The notes beneath the pieces were generated by a model, which did not search any database, had not been told where the DNA came from, and saw only the letters and a list, made by a program, of their open reading frames with translations. DNA of 64,000 bases from an uncultured Spirochaetota bacterium (GTDB taxonomy: Bacteria; Spirochaetota; Spirochaetia; SZUA-6; Fen-1364): positions 192,001 to 256,000 of the forward strand of contig CAWJSK010000015.1 of NCBI GenBank assembly GCA_963845535.1, read 5' to 3'. Position numbers and translations under genes: made by a program. How positions within the stretch are numbered: position 1 is the stretch's first letter; the number at the start of each line of letters is the position of its first letter. Below, piece after piece: positions 17,706-27,617 of the stretch.

Positions 17706-19214
17706 ATGCCAGAGATAAGCAGTACAGACATTCAGAGAGCCGTCCAGACCTCCTTCCCGCTGACCTTCACCATCGAAGGGCCGGTCCACGAGTCATTCTC
17801 CTCCCTCGACAGCATTGTGGAAACCTGTCTCGTCGAGCTGGGCCAGGAGAAGATCCAGGAGGCGCTGTCCTACTGCGTGAAGGAGCTGATCCTCAACGCC
17901 GAGAAAGCGAACGCCAAGCGGATCGATTTCGAAGAACACGGCCTGGCCATCTCGAATACGAAGGACTACGAGGAGGGGATGCAGGGCTTCCGCGCCGCGT
18001 TGTCCGAAAACCTCGAACATTTCCTGCAGAAGCTTCGGGAAAAGCGCGCGTCCATCGACGTCATCTTCCATTATGCCGAGAGCGTCCTTACCGTCTCGGT
18101 CAGGAACGGCGGCGAGCTCGTCTCCGGGGAGCAGGAGAGGATCAAGGACAGGTTCGAGCGCGCCCGGGCGTCGCGCTCATTCTCTGATGCGCTGGAGACT
18201 TCTCTGGACCATTCCGAGGGCGCGGGCCTGGGAATCGTAATGGTCCTCCAGTTCCTGAAAAGCGTCGGGCTGGGGGAGGAAGCGCTCCTGGTCAAGAGCG
18301 AGGGAGGCCTGACCGTCTCTTCCATCATCATCCCGGTGCTCGACGTGGGGCTGGATCAGATCAGGGCCCTGGCCCGAGAGCTCGTCCGCCACGTCGGCTC
18401 CCTGCCTCAGTTCCCCGAAACCGTCGTCGGGCTCCTGCGGCTTACGGAAAACCCGAACGCGAGCGTGCCGGAGATCTCGAAGCACGTTTCCCGCGACCCC
18501 GCGCTGACCGCGGAGCTGCTGAAGCACGTGAACTCAGCGTATTACGGCCTGCCGTCCCGCGTGAACGGCATCCCGCAAGCAGTGAAGATGATCGGCCTGC
18601 GAAGCCTGCACCACCTCCTGTACTCCTTCGGCTTCCACCTTATCCTTGACCAGCACCACCCCCGGATGAAGTCCCTCTGGGAACATTCCCTGCGCACGGC
18701 TTTCTACGCCTTCCTCCTCGCCCGGGACAGGAAGCGGCGCCCCGACATCCTGGATGACGCATACGTGACGGGGATCCTCCATGACCTGGGGTTCATCGTC
18801 GTCTCCACGCTCAAGCCGTCGACGCAGGAAAAGATGCGTACGTTCTGTATGGACAAGAACATCTCTTCCTCCGTGCTGGAAAGGTTCTCTTTCGGGATGA
18901 ACCACGCCGAGGTGGGGGCCCTGATAGCCGAGAAATGGAACTTCCCGAATCAGCTCGTGGAGGGTATCCGGTACCACGATGATCCACTCCGCGCCAGCCC
19001 CGCCTGCCGGGACGCCGTCTTCTGTGTCTATCTGGGCAACGCGGTGTGCGACTTGGAGCGGGGACACATCTCGTATCAGCAGATCGAAGGCGAAGTCCTG
19101 GCGGACTTCGGGCTTCGCGCGGAAGCGGAGTTCCTCGACATGGCCGCGAACCTCAAGAGGAGCTTCGACAAGCACCTTACCGGCCTGAGCCCTTCGGGAG
19201 CTCAGGCATTGTGA
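17706..19214 (+). CDS. HDOD-domain protein with N-terminal GHKL (RsbW/RsbT-like) ATPase domain
   Basis: 'KELILNAEKAN', 'EGAGLGIVMV'; HDOD 'DPALTAELLKHVNSAYYG', 'LWEHS', 'GILHDLG', 'HAEVGALIAEKWNFP'. Confidence 0.85.
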   Translation: MPEISSTDIQRAVQTSFPLTFTIEGPVHESFSSLDSIVETCLVELGQEKIQEALSYCVKELILNAEKANAKRIDFEEHGLAISNTKDYEEGMQGFRAALSENLEHFLQKLREKRASIDVIFHYAESVLTVSVRNGGELVSGEQERIKDRFERARASRSFSDALETSLDHSEGAGLGIVMVLQFLKSVGLGEEALLVKSEGGLTVSSIIIPVLDVGLDQIRALARELVRHVGSLPQFPETVVGLLRLTENPNASVPEISKHVSRDPALTAELLKHVNSAYYGLPSRVNGIPQAVKMIGLRSLHHLLYSFGFHLILDQHHPRMKSLWEHSLRTAFYAFLLARDRKRRPDILDDAYVTGILHDLGFIVVSTLKPSTQEKMRTFCMDKNISSSVLERFSFGMNHAEVGALIAEKWNFPNQLVEGIRYHDDPLRASPACRDAVFCVYLGNAVCDLERGHISYQQIEGEVLADFGLRAEAEFLDMAANLKRSFDKHLTGLSPSGAQAL

Positions 19215-19361
19215 GACCCGTTTGCCCCTGTCTGTCCTGATCCGTACCTTTTGCCTGTGTCAGCTTTGTATCCATAACGTGACTCTTCAGTGACTGTGGT
19301 TACGAGGGCTGTGTCTGAGTCATGGTAGGATTTCGCGTGTGGGGGGGGAGAGAGCGCGAAA

Positions 19362-20393
19362 ATGAAGGGTCACGTGGCCGGGGTGGCCGCTGAATACAAG
19401 CGAGGATTCGCGGACTACCTGAGGCTGCGCTCGGAATCCCAGCTCATCGAAGCCGCGCGCCTGGGCCGGCTGGCAATGGCGGAGCAGCTCGGCGTGCTGG
19501 ACGTGATCATGATCCACCACACCGTGCTCTCGGAGCTTCATTCCGCGCAGTCCGGGGAGGGCCTCGAGGAGATGCTCTCCTCATCCGCGCTTTTTCTCTG
19601 CGAGGTCCTTTCCTCGTTCGAAATGGCGCAGCAAGGATTCAAAGACGCCTCAGAGGCGGTCATGCGCATGATGCAGTTCGACCTCGTGGTGTGTCACGAG
19701 CTTCGAAGCCCCCTCACGAGCATTGTCACCTCCCTCGGCATGCTCCAGGAAATCCTGGAGGTGCGGCCGGAGAGCAACGAGGCGCGGCTCATCAGCAACG
19801 CCATCAGGAGCGCCGCCATCCTCAAGAGCCGGACGGAGGACCTGCAGGACCTCGTCAGCTACCGCGCCGGCATCCTCAGCCTGAAGCCGGGCAGCGTGGA
19901 GGTTGAGCAGCTCCTTCGCGGGATTGCGAGCCGCCTGGAGCCGGTTGCGAAAAACGCGGGGGTGAAAATCCACGTGGAGACCGAGGAGGGCCTGCCCACC
20001 ATCATCGCGGACCCCAACCGCCTGGACCAGATCGTCAGCAATATCATCAATAATGCCCTCAAGTACGCCGCCGACGGCCGCCGCATCGACCTGAGGGCGT
20101 TCACGCGCAACGGGTCGATGGTCATCGAAGTGCAGGACTATGGGCCGGGGATCGACCCCGCGGCCCGGTCGAGACTGTTCCAGCCTTCCCCGCGAAAAAT
20201 GGAAAGCACGGGTGACTTCACCGCCACGGGTGATTTCACCGGCATGGGCATCGGCCTGGCTCTGTGCCGGGAGCTGGCGGAGCAGCACGGGGGAAACATC
20301 ATCGTTGCCACCGGGGAAGGAAAAGGAAGCGTCTTCACCGTAAAGCTCCCACTGACGAGGAGGGTGTCGAGCCATGAAGGTAGTAATCATTGA
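19362..20393 (+). CDS. Cytoplasmic histidine kinase with N-terminal RsbU_N-like domain
   Basis: N-terminal 'YKRGFADYL...LGRLAM...GVLDVIMIHH' resembles the RsbU N-terminal helical bundle. 'HELRSPL', 'NALKY', 'DYGPGI', 'GMGIGL'. No TM segment. Confidence 0.85.
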   Translation: MKGHVAGVAAEYKRGFADYLRLRSESQLIEAARLGRLAMAEQLGVLDVIMIHHTVLSELHSAQSGEGLEEMLSSSALFLCEVLSSFEMAQQGFKDASEAVMRMMQFDLVVCHELRSPLTSIVTSLGMLQEILEVRPESNEARLISNAIRSAAILKSRTEDLQDLVSYRAGILSLKPGSVEVEQLLRGIASRLEPVAKNAGVKIHVETEEGLPTIIADPNRLDQIVSNIINNALKYAADGRRIDLRAFTRNGSMVIEVQDYGPGIDPAARSRLFQPSPRKMESTGDFTATGDFTGMGIGLALCRELAEQHGGNIIVATGEGKGSVFTVKLPLTRRVSSHEGSNH

Positions 20394-21063
20394 GGACACC
20401 GAAGAGATCGTCGAAAGTATCAAGCTGTGCATCGCCATCCGCTGGCCGGAGTGCCGCATCCTGTCAACGCCGCGGGGCAAGGAGGGACTGCGCCTCATCC
20501 AGGCGGAGTCCCCTGACGTAGTGATCCTGGACCTCGTCCTGGCGGACGGGTACGGCCTCGATGTTCTCAAGGACATCCGGACGTGGTCCGACGTACCGGT
20601 CATCATTGTCAGCGTCAAGGGCGGGGAGGTGAGCAGGGTCAAAGGCCTCGAGCTGGGGGCTGACGACTTCATCGTGAAGCCCTTCTCCCACACCGAGCTC
20701 CTGGCCCGCATGCGGGCCGTCCTGCGCCGCACGCACATGCCCTCCCTCTGGCAGGACGCCGGGGTGGTCAAGGGAGCCAACCTCACCATCGACATGGGGT
20801 CGGGCCGCGCATTCGTTCAGGGGCAGGAGACGGAGCTCAGCGCAACCGAGTGGAAGCTCCTGATCTTCCTGGCCCGAAACGAGGGGAGGATCCTTCCCCC
20901 CGAGATGCTCGCCACCAAGGTCTGGGGGGTGACGTTCGTGGAACCCTCCACGATAAAGATGTGCATCCGCCGCCTCCGCATGAAGCTGGGAGACGACACA
21001 CGGGCGCCGCGGATCATCCGCAGCCACCGCGGCCGCGGGTACAGCTTCGAGCTGAGCACGTAG
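20374..21063 (+). CDS. OmpR-family response regulator
   Basis: REC 'IIED...ILDL...GADDFIVKPF' and winged helix 'IRRLRMKLGDD...RGRGY'. Confidence 0.93.
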   Translation: MKVVIIEDTEEIVESIKLCIAIRWPECRILSTPRGKEGLRLIQAESPDVVILDLVLADGYGLDVLKDIRTWSDVPVIIVSVKGGEVSRVKGLELGADDFIVKPFSHTELLARMRAVLRRTHMPSLWQDAGVVKGANLTIDMGSGRAFVQGQETELSATEWKLLIFLARNEGRILPPEMLATKVWGVTFVEPSTIKMCIRRLRMKLGDDTRAPRIIRSHRGRGYSFELST

Positions 21064-21144
21064 GTCACGTTCTCACGCGACTGCCTTCACCGCATGATTC
21101 TCAGCACAGAGGCGCGTCTTTATCATGGAAAGCCCGAGCTGTCA

Positions 21145-24036
21145 TCACGACGGCGCTTCATCCGTTTCATTCGCTTCATCAAGGGCTTTGCGCACCTTGT
21201 CCAGAAGCTGGTCCGCGGTGAAAGGCTTGGCAAGAAAACGGGGATCATCGACCCTGAGCGGCTCCTTGCCGAAACGGGAGGGGGCATATTCGCCTGTGAA
21301 CACGATCCGCGCCGCGGGGGCGCGCGAGCGTATCTCGTGGGCAACCTCCCAACCGTCTCTCTTTGCGATTGTCGTGCTCAGCAGGACGAGATGGATCTCC
21401 GCGGCGCGCTCCCCGAATCTCGTGGCCGCCGCCTCCCCGTCCGCCGCCTCAATGACCGAGTATCCGTGTCTTTCCAGGACCGAGCGGGTCTGGTCACGGA
21501 CGGCCTGGTTGTCGTCCGCGACGAGGATCGTTTCAGTGCCGTGCAGGAGTGTCAGGCCCTCCTTCTCCGTTCGATCCTCCCGGCGATGCAAGGGAAGAAA
21601 GATGTCGACCGTGGTGCCGCGATCGACCTGGCTCTTCACGGTGATGAATCCGTGATGCTGTTCTACGATTGCCCAGACTGTTGCCAGCCCCAGGCCGGTG
21701 CCCTTTCCGATGTCTTTTGTGGTGAAAAAAGGCTCGAACAGCCTGGTACGCGTCATCTCATCCATCCCGATCCCCGTGTCCGAAAAGGCGAGGTGGGCAT
21801 ATGTTCCCGGCTTTCGGTCCAGGGCCTGCGCGGGAGGCTCGATCTTCTCCGCCGAGATCCTGATGACGACAGCCCCGCCCTGGGGCATCGCGTCACGGGC
21901 GTTCGCGGTCAGGTTTACGAGGATCTGCTCGATGCGCATTGTGTCCGCAAGGACTGGCACGGCCTCCCGCCACGGCTCGAACTTCAGCTCGATTTTCTGG
22001 CCCAACTGTCCGGCGAGCGACCGGCAGGCGGATTTGATTGTGTCGTTCAGATCGATGACGCTCAGGTTGCCGCCGTCCTTCTGGCCCAGGATCAGCATCT
22101 GCTGCGCCAGATCCGCGGCCCTTCGGGACGCAGAGAGGATGCGTTCCACCAGGTCGCGGCGGAGATCATGCTTGGTCATGTTCATCATCAGCATACTGCC
22201 GTATCCCATGATCGCGGTCAGGATGTTGTTGAACTCGTGGGCGACCCCGCCGGCGAGCTGGCCCACTGCCTCGAGCTTCTGCGCCTGGTGAAGCATGGAC
22301 TCCAGTTGCCGCCGCTCCCTGTCGTTTTCCTGCAGCTGTCGCGTCCGCACGTGCTCCTCTTCGACAAGGCGGGCTCCCTGGAGGTTGTTGGAAACGACTT
22401 TGCGCAGGGATGCATAGATCACCCCGTCCTGCGGCCCCACCTCGAACAGCGCGAACCCGAGCTGGCGGTCCTGGAAGTACAGCGCTTCAGCCACGAGGTT
22501 GAAGGGCTCAGTCGAAGGCCACATCTGCTGCGGGACGACCGCGCGGGTGGCATACCGCAAGCCGCCAGGGGGGAGATTGAAGCGGCGGCCTGCTTTCATT
22601 CCCAGGACCATCCGCGAGAATTGCGGCGCCTCATCGGGATACGCGTAGGGCAGCGGATCCTCGTAGAGCGAAAGAGCAAACCCGTGGATCCCGATCTTCG
22701 GCAGGGACGAAGCGAGCTCATCCATGAGACTGCCGACGGAGAGCTTCGTAAAGAGGGAGCCCTGCACGTCTCTCAGCGCTGCCTCACGGTGGAGAGACTC
22801 CAGGACGAACCGTCGCTGCTGCCGTCCGGCGGCCTTCTGCAGGACGGCCCCGGCCCGGTGAAAAAGCTCTTCCGCCTGCCGCAGCATTTCGCCCTCGAGC
22901 AGAGGTACGGTGACACTGCGCAGCTCCGTCAGCCATTCCGCCAGAGCCGGCAATTCCTCACTCTCTTCGGCAATGGCCTCCAGATGCCGCACAAACGCGC
23001 CGGTTTCGTCTCCCCGGATTCCGGCAACGAAATCATCCAGCAATTGCCTGCGTGAGCCGCGCTCGACGTCGATCACGGCGGCGACGTAACCGCGCAGGTC
23101 TTCCGGCGTCGACAGCTCCCGCGGCGCACCGTGGCGTTTCGAAGTGGCCGCCAGCCCCGACACGGCGGGGTCCGCGCATCCGCACGACCGCCGGATGACC
23201 AGCCCGCCCTGGAGCGTCCTTGCGCTCTGCACCCGTTTTCCCTCAATGAGGTCGAGAAGGGCCTCGACGGCGGCTCTCCCCATTTCCCGAAAAGGTGGTC
23301 GAACGGTGGTCAGGGGAGGGCTCGAGAGCGCGCCTTCCTCCGAGTCATCAAAGCCAGTGACCGCAGGCACCGGGCTGCCAGGCGCGCTCAGGGAGCGCAG
23401 ATCCTCCTGGACGCGGAGCGCAATGAGGTCATTGTGCGCGACAATGGCGTCCCATTCGGCGGCATGGCCTTTACGCATCCAGTCCGACAGGAACAGGGGC
23501 GCGGGTGGGGCTTCCGCCTCGACGGGGGGAGAGACGAGCGCGGGGTCGAACGGGATCCCGTGCTCCGCGAGAGTCTCCCGGTAGGCGCGATACCGTTCAT
23601 CGAAGGCGTGATGTAGCGGCGTGGCGTGCTTGATGTACCCAATCCGTTTGCAGCCATGGACCTCGATGAGATGCTCGATCATGGAGCGCATGGCCCCGAA
23701 GTCGTCGTTCACGACGCTGGGGACGCCCTCCACCGCGTGCTCCACGCTGACGCACGGCACGGGAGCGTAACGCTGGAAGAACTTGCTGACTTCCTCGGGA
23801 GTGCTGTACGCCACGAGCCCCTCGGTCCAGATCACGAGACCGTTGATCCGCTCGGAGCGGGCCAGCTCATAGAGCGCATTCGCCTGCGCCTCGAACCCGT
23901 ACGGGGAGCAGAGGTGGCTTCCGTCGAACGTGATGAGGTTCACACCACGCTCGTGCGCGGCTTCGAGGACTCCGGACCATTGCTGGATCGTCCATGTCCT
24001 GGTCAGGTCCGTGATAAGAAGACCCACTGTCGTCAT
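21145..24036 (-). CDS. Hybrid histidine kinase with N-terminal LacI/PBP-type sugar-binding domain and degenerate receiver
   Basis: 'AHNDLIA', 'VTGFDD...PPLTTVR' (LacI-type ligand domain, no HTH); 'AHEFNNIL', 'NARDAM', 'GKGTGLGL'; REC with LLS in place of LLD. Confidence 0.88.
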   Translation of the reverse strand: MTTVGLLITDLTRTWTIQQWSGVLEAAHERGVNLITFDGSHLCSPYGFEAQANALYELARSERINGLVIWTEGLVAYSTPEEVSKFFQRYAPVPCVSVEHAVEGVPSVVNDDFGAMRSMIEHLIEVHGCKRIGYIKHATPLHHAFDERYRAYRETLAEHGIPFDPALVSPPVEAEAPPAPLFLSDWMRKGHAAEWDAIVAHNDLIALRVQEDLRSLSAPGSPVPAVTGFDDSEEGALSSPPLTTVRPPFREMGRAAVEALLDLIEGKRVQSARTLQGGLVIRRSCGCADPAVSGLAATSKRHGAPRELSTPEDLRGYVAAVIDVERGSRRQLLDDFVAGIRGDETGAFVRHLEAIAEESEELPALAEWLTELRSVTVPLLEGEMLRQAEELFHRAGAVLQKAAGRQQRRFVLESLHREAALRDVQGSLFTKLSVGSLMDELASSLPKIGIHGFALSLYEDPLPYAYPDEAPQFSRMVLGMKAGRRFNLPPGGLRYATRAVVPQQMWPSTEPFNLVAEALYFQDRQLGFALFEVGPQDGVIYASLRKVVSNNLQGARLVEEEHVRTRQLQENDRERRQLESMLHQAQKLEAVGQLAGGVAHEFNNILTAIMGYGSMLMMNMTKHDLRRDLVERILSASRRAADLAQQMLILGQKDGGNLSVIDLNDTIKSACRSLAGQLGQKIELKFEPWREAVPVLADTMRIEQILVNLTANARDAMPQGGAVVIRISAEKIEPPAQALDRKPGTYAHLAFSDTGIGMDEMTRTRLFEPFFTTKDIGKGTGLGLATVWAIVEQHHGFITVKSQVDRGTTVDIFLPLHRREDRTEKEGLTLLHGTETILVADDNQAVRDQTRSVLERHGYSVIEAADGEAAATRFGERAAEIHLVLLSTTIAKRDGWEVAHEIRSRAPAARIVFTGEYAPSRFGKEPLRVDDPRFLAKPFTADQLLDKVRKALDEANETDEAPS

Positions 24037-24177
24037 GGCCGTTCAGGAGAAAGGTATCACGGCCGCCGCCGAGGCGCCACTCCGTCCATCACTCGCGCCT
24101 CCCCGAGGCAGGCGTCACCGCGGCTCTCGCCTCGAAGCCGCGCGCGTGGTACCCTCGATGTCCAGGGAGAGTCACCG

Positions 24178-25161
24178 ATGCTGGAGAAAAGGAACCCGGC
24201 GAAAAAGCCGAAAGCGCCGGCGCGAAAGCGCGCCAGGAAGCCTGCGTCTCCTCGCGGGTTGAGCGCATCCGAGGTGACGGCGGGGACGTCGCCTCCTGAG
24301 ATCGACGCTCTGAGCCTGGCCGTTCGGCAAAGCGGCGGCGGAGTGGTGGGCGCTTATCGAGACCCGGTGGGCGGCCACTGGCAGCTCATGGCGAGCCTTC
24401 CCATCGAAAAGGTGGAGCCGACGCCTTTCCAGCGCGACCTCTCGGATACGCACGTCAAAAGGCTTGGCGAGGTCGTCGGAAAGATGGGTCGGTTTCTCGA
24501 CCCCATTATCGCGGTGCGAACGGCCCAGGGGACGTTCTGGACTCCCAACGGCAACCACCGGCTCGCAGCCATGAAGCTGCTCGGGGCCCGGTCCATCCTG
24601 GCGGTCGTTGTGCCTGAGCTTTCCGTGGCGTATCAGATCCTCGCCATGAACACGGAGAAGGGCCATAACCTCAGGGAGAAAGCGCTCGAGGTGATGCGCA
24701 TGGCGCAATCACTTGCCGAGCTGGCGCCGCGCGCGGAAAAAGACTACGCCTTCGAGTTCGAGGAGCCCGCCTACCTCACGCTCGGGCTGGCGTACGAGAA
24801 GCGCGGGAGGCTGAGCGGGGGCGCCTACCATCCGGTTCTCCGACGTGTGGAGGCCTTCCTGGATCTGCCGCTGTCCGAGGCCCTTCAGACCCGGGGCCAG
24901 AGGGCGGACAAGCTCATCGACCTGGACGACAAGGTGGCAAGCGCCGTTTCCGCGCTCAAGGAACGCGGCTTCACGAGCCCCTACCTCAAGGCCTTCGTCG
25001 TGGCGCGCCTCAATCCGTTGCGGTTCCGGCGCGGCGCGACGATGGACGCCGAGGAAGCCCTCGACGCCATGATCACGGCGGCGGAGCGCTTCGACGCGGG
25101 TAAGGTTCGAATCACCGATCTTGCAAGTGCTCCCCCCGGCCCCTCGGAGGAGCAGGGCTGA
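24178..25161 (+). CDS. ParB/Srx N-terminal-domain protein (orphan)
   Basis: 'PTPFQRDLS', 'FLDPIIAV', 'PNGNHRLAA' (GxxR box), 'MNTEK'. ATG 24178 follows GGAG; no parA nearby. Confidence 0.8.
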   Translation: MLEKRNPAKKPKAPARKRARKPASPRGLSASEVTAGTSPPEIDALSLAVRQSGGGVVGAYRDPVGGHWQLMASLPIEKVEPTPFQRDLSDTHVKRLGEVVGKMGRFLDPIIAVRTAQGTFWTPNGNHRLAAMKLLGARSILAVVVPELSVAYQILAMNTEKGHNLREKALEVMRMAQSLAELAPRAEKDYAFEFEEPAYLTLGLAYEKRGRLSGGAYHPVLRRVEAFLDLPLSEALQTRGQRADKLIDLDDKVASAVSALKERGFTSPYLKAFVVARLNPLRFRRGATMDAEEALDAMITAAERFDAGKVRITDLASAPPGPSEEQG

Positions 25162-25179
25162 AGGCGGGCACGGAAAGAC

Positions 25180-25746
25180 ATGTTGATCCAGACGGCAGGG
25201 GCCTTCATTCTCATTGGTTGCTTTTTCTTTGTCGAAGCAATTTTCCGGACCAAGGGGACGGCCAAGAGCATGAAAAGGGGCCGCTCCGACCGGGGAAGCA
25301 CCGTTGCCCTCGGGGCATCATACGCCGTCGCCGTGGTCCTCCTCGTGATCCTGGCCGTCATGCGGGTCGGGAATCTCTCCTCACCGTTCGCCGGCTGGGC
25401 AGGGCTTCTGGTCATGCTTTTGGGCCTCGGAGTGCGCGCGTGGTCCATGCGCGTCCTGGGCGCTTCCTACTCGAGAACCCTCAAGGTCTCCGGCGCGCAG
25501 GACATTGTTGATGGCGGACCTTACCGCTTCATCAGGCATCCCGGATACCTCGGGAGCATCCTGGTCTGGGTCGGCTCGGGCCTCGCTCTTGCCAACTGGA
25601 TTGCTCTGTGCGTGGTCGGCGGGATGATGATCTGCGTGTACGCGTATCGAATCCACGCGGAAGAGGCAATGCTCGTTGCCGCTTTTGGGGAGAAATACCG
25701 GGAATACGCAAAGCGAAGTTGGAGGCTTGTTCCTTTCCTCTACTGA
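25180..25746 (+). CDS. Isoprenylcysteine carboxyl methyltransferase (ICMT/PEMT) family membrane protein
   Basis: 'GPYRFIRHPGYLG' and 'RIHAEEAML...FGEKYREY'. Confidence 0.88.
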   Translation: MLIQTAGAFILIGCFFFVEAIFRTKGTAKSMKRGRSDRGSTVALGASYAVAVVLLVILAVMRVGNLSSPFAGWAGLLVMLLGLGVRAWSMRVLGASYSRTLKVSGAQDIVDGGPYRFIRHPGYLGSILVWVGSGLALANWIALCVVGGMMICVYAYRIHAEEAMLVAAFGEKYREYAKRSWRLVPFLY

Positions 25747-26525
25747 GACGGGCCGTTTGCCCGCCGCGCGGCCGCGCCGCTCACTTGAAGCCGCACAAGG
25801 TCGTCCACGGTGACCTCGTCCCGGCTGAAGCTCGCGGCCACGGCGCCCCGCGCCATGACGAGGAAGCGGTCAGCCACCGCGTATACGTCATGCAGGTTAT
25901 GCGTGACGAAGACGCACGAGATGTGGTCTTCCTTGAGCCTTCGGATGAAGCCGAGGACCGTCTGCACTCCCGTCACCGCAAGCGCCGTGGTCGGCTCATC
26001 CAGAATCACGAGGGAGGCTTTGAAGCGCATGGCGCGAGAGATCGCCACCCCCTGCATTTCCCCGCCGGAGCAAAACCGGGCTTCCTGGTCCACCGAAGAG
26101 ATGTGCAGCTTGAGAGCCTGGAGGAGGTCCTCAGCCTCCCTGGCCATCCGCGCGCGGTCCAGCACGCGAAAAGGCCCGATCCCGCGCGTCGGTTCCCTGC
26201 CGAGGAAGATGTTGCGCGCGACGCTCATGTTCCCAACCACGGCCCTGTCCTGGTGAACGGTTTCAATCCCGAGGGCTTGAGCCTCCCGCACTGAGCGGAC
26301 ACTGACCTGTTTCCCTTTCCAGAAAATGCCGCCGCTGTCCCGGGGAATCACCCCGGAAATGATCTTGATGAGCGTCGATTTTCCCGCGCCGTTGTCTCCG
26401 ATGAGGCCTACGATTTCGCTCTGGTTGATTTCCAGCGACACGCCGCGAAGCGCGTGCACCTCCCCATACCATTTTTGCACCGCTCGGAGCTCAAGGAGAG
26501 GCCCCTGGGAATCCTGACCCATCAT
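25740..26525 (-). CDS. Sugar ABC transporter ATP-binding protein (single NBD)
   Basis: GDNGAGKS, 'GIETVHQD', SGGE, DEPT. Confidence 0.9.
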   Translation of the reverse strand: MMGQDSQGPLLELRAVQKWYGEVHALRGVSLEINQSEIVGLIGDNGAGKSTLIKIISGVIPRDSGGIFWKGKQVSVRSVREAQALGIETVHQDRAVVGNMSVARNIFLGREPTRGIGPFRVLDRARMAREAEDLLQALKLHISSVDQEARFCSGGEMQGVAISRAMRFKASLVILDEPTTALAVTGVQTVLGFIRRLKEDHISCVFVTHNLHDVYAVADRFLVMARGAVAASFSRDEVTVDDLVRLQVSGAAARRANGPSQ

Positions 26526-27535
26526 GTCGCAGACTCCGGCGCGTAGCCTTTGGGGATGAGAATCCTGTCACGCAGCTCCACCCGGTACTTGTTGATCAGG
26601 ATTGCCCCCAGGAGGATCAGTCCGTTCAGGAAACCCCGCACGGCGGGATTTATGAGCGTCATGGCCGTGCCCGTGTCGATGATCCCGAGGAGGAGCACGC
26701 CTCCGAGGGCGCCCGTCATGGTTCCTTCGCCGCCTTTCAGGCTGACCCCTCCAATGATGGCTCCGGCGAAGGCGAGGAAAATGTCATCACCGCCGGCGAT
26801 CGTGCTCGGGATGGATTTCAAGTAGCCGATGTACAGGAGGCCGGAAAGGCCGGCAAGGGCGCCGGCAATCGTGAACACCCAGAAGTTCATCCACGGGAGG
26901 CTGATGCCCAGCGTCTTGGCGGCCTCGGAATTGCCGCCCATGGCGTGCACGTACCCGCCGAAGCGCGTGCGCGTGAGGATGAACCCGAGGCAGAGGCAGA
27001 CCGCGAGCATGACGAAGATCGCGAAGAAGATCCCGAGGACCTGACCGCCGCCGAGGAACACGAGGGCAGAGGAGACATTGGATATGGCCCCGCGATTGAT
27101 TGCAAACGTGAGCCAGTTGTACATGAGGAACGTCGAAAGAGTCACCAGGAAGGGGTTGATCCCGACTTTGCCCACGAAAAACCCGTTCACGGAGCCCAGG
27201 AGGGCCCCGATGAGCACAACGAGGATCACGCCCGACCACCCCGGGAGAAAGGGAAGCCACTGGACGGTCAACGCTCCCGTGAGCATGGAGGACAGCCCGG
27301 CAATGTGCGCTATGGACAGGTCCATGCTGCCGCTGATGAGAACGAAGGACTCGGCGAACACGAGCAGCCCTATGGCGGAAGCGACATACAGGATGAAGTG
27401 CAGGTTCTCCACGGTGAAGAAGTTGGGAAGCAGGAGAGAGAACACGAGGAAGACGAACACAAGAATCGCCCAGATGAGGTTCCTGACGAGGAAGAGCTGG
27501 AAAGCTTGCAGAGCGCCGCGACGAACGTTTGTCAT
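26522..27535 (-). CDS. Sugar ABC transporter permease (RbsC-like)
   Basis: 'ISGSMDLS', 'TRFGGYVHAMGGN', 'IIGGVSLKGGEG'. Confidence 0.9.
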   Translation of the reverse strand: MTNVRRGALQAFQLFLVRNLIWAILVFVFLVFSLLLPNFFTVENLHFILYVASAIGLLVFAESFVLISGSMDLSIAHIAGLSSMLTGALTVQWLPFLPGWSGVILVVLIGALLGSVNGFFVGKVGINPFLVTLSTFLMYNWLTFAINRGAISNVSSALVFLGGGQVLGIFFAIFVMLAVCLCLGFILTRTRFGGYVHAMGGNSEAAKTLGISLPWMNFWVFTIAGALAGLSGLLYIGYLKSIPSTIAGGDDIFLAFAGAIIGGVSLKGGEGTMTGALGGVLLLGIIDTGTAMTLINPAVRGFLNGLILLGAILINKYRVELRDRILIPKGYAPESAT

Positions 27536-27617
27536 CGACTCCCCCCTTGAAAGCGCCCGAGCGGCCGCTCTCGGGAGCGCTGCTCCACGAGGCAACCGCC
27601 CAAGCGCGCCTCACATA

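Noticed and set aside
21094..23055. 653-aa plus-strand ORF
   Set aside because: Antisense shadow of the hybrid kinase.
23626..24177. N-terminal extension of the ParB-domain ORF
   Set aside because: Overlaps the opposite-strand kinase; ATG 24178 with an RBS is the better start.
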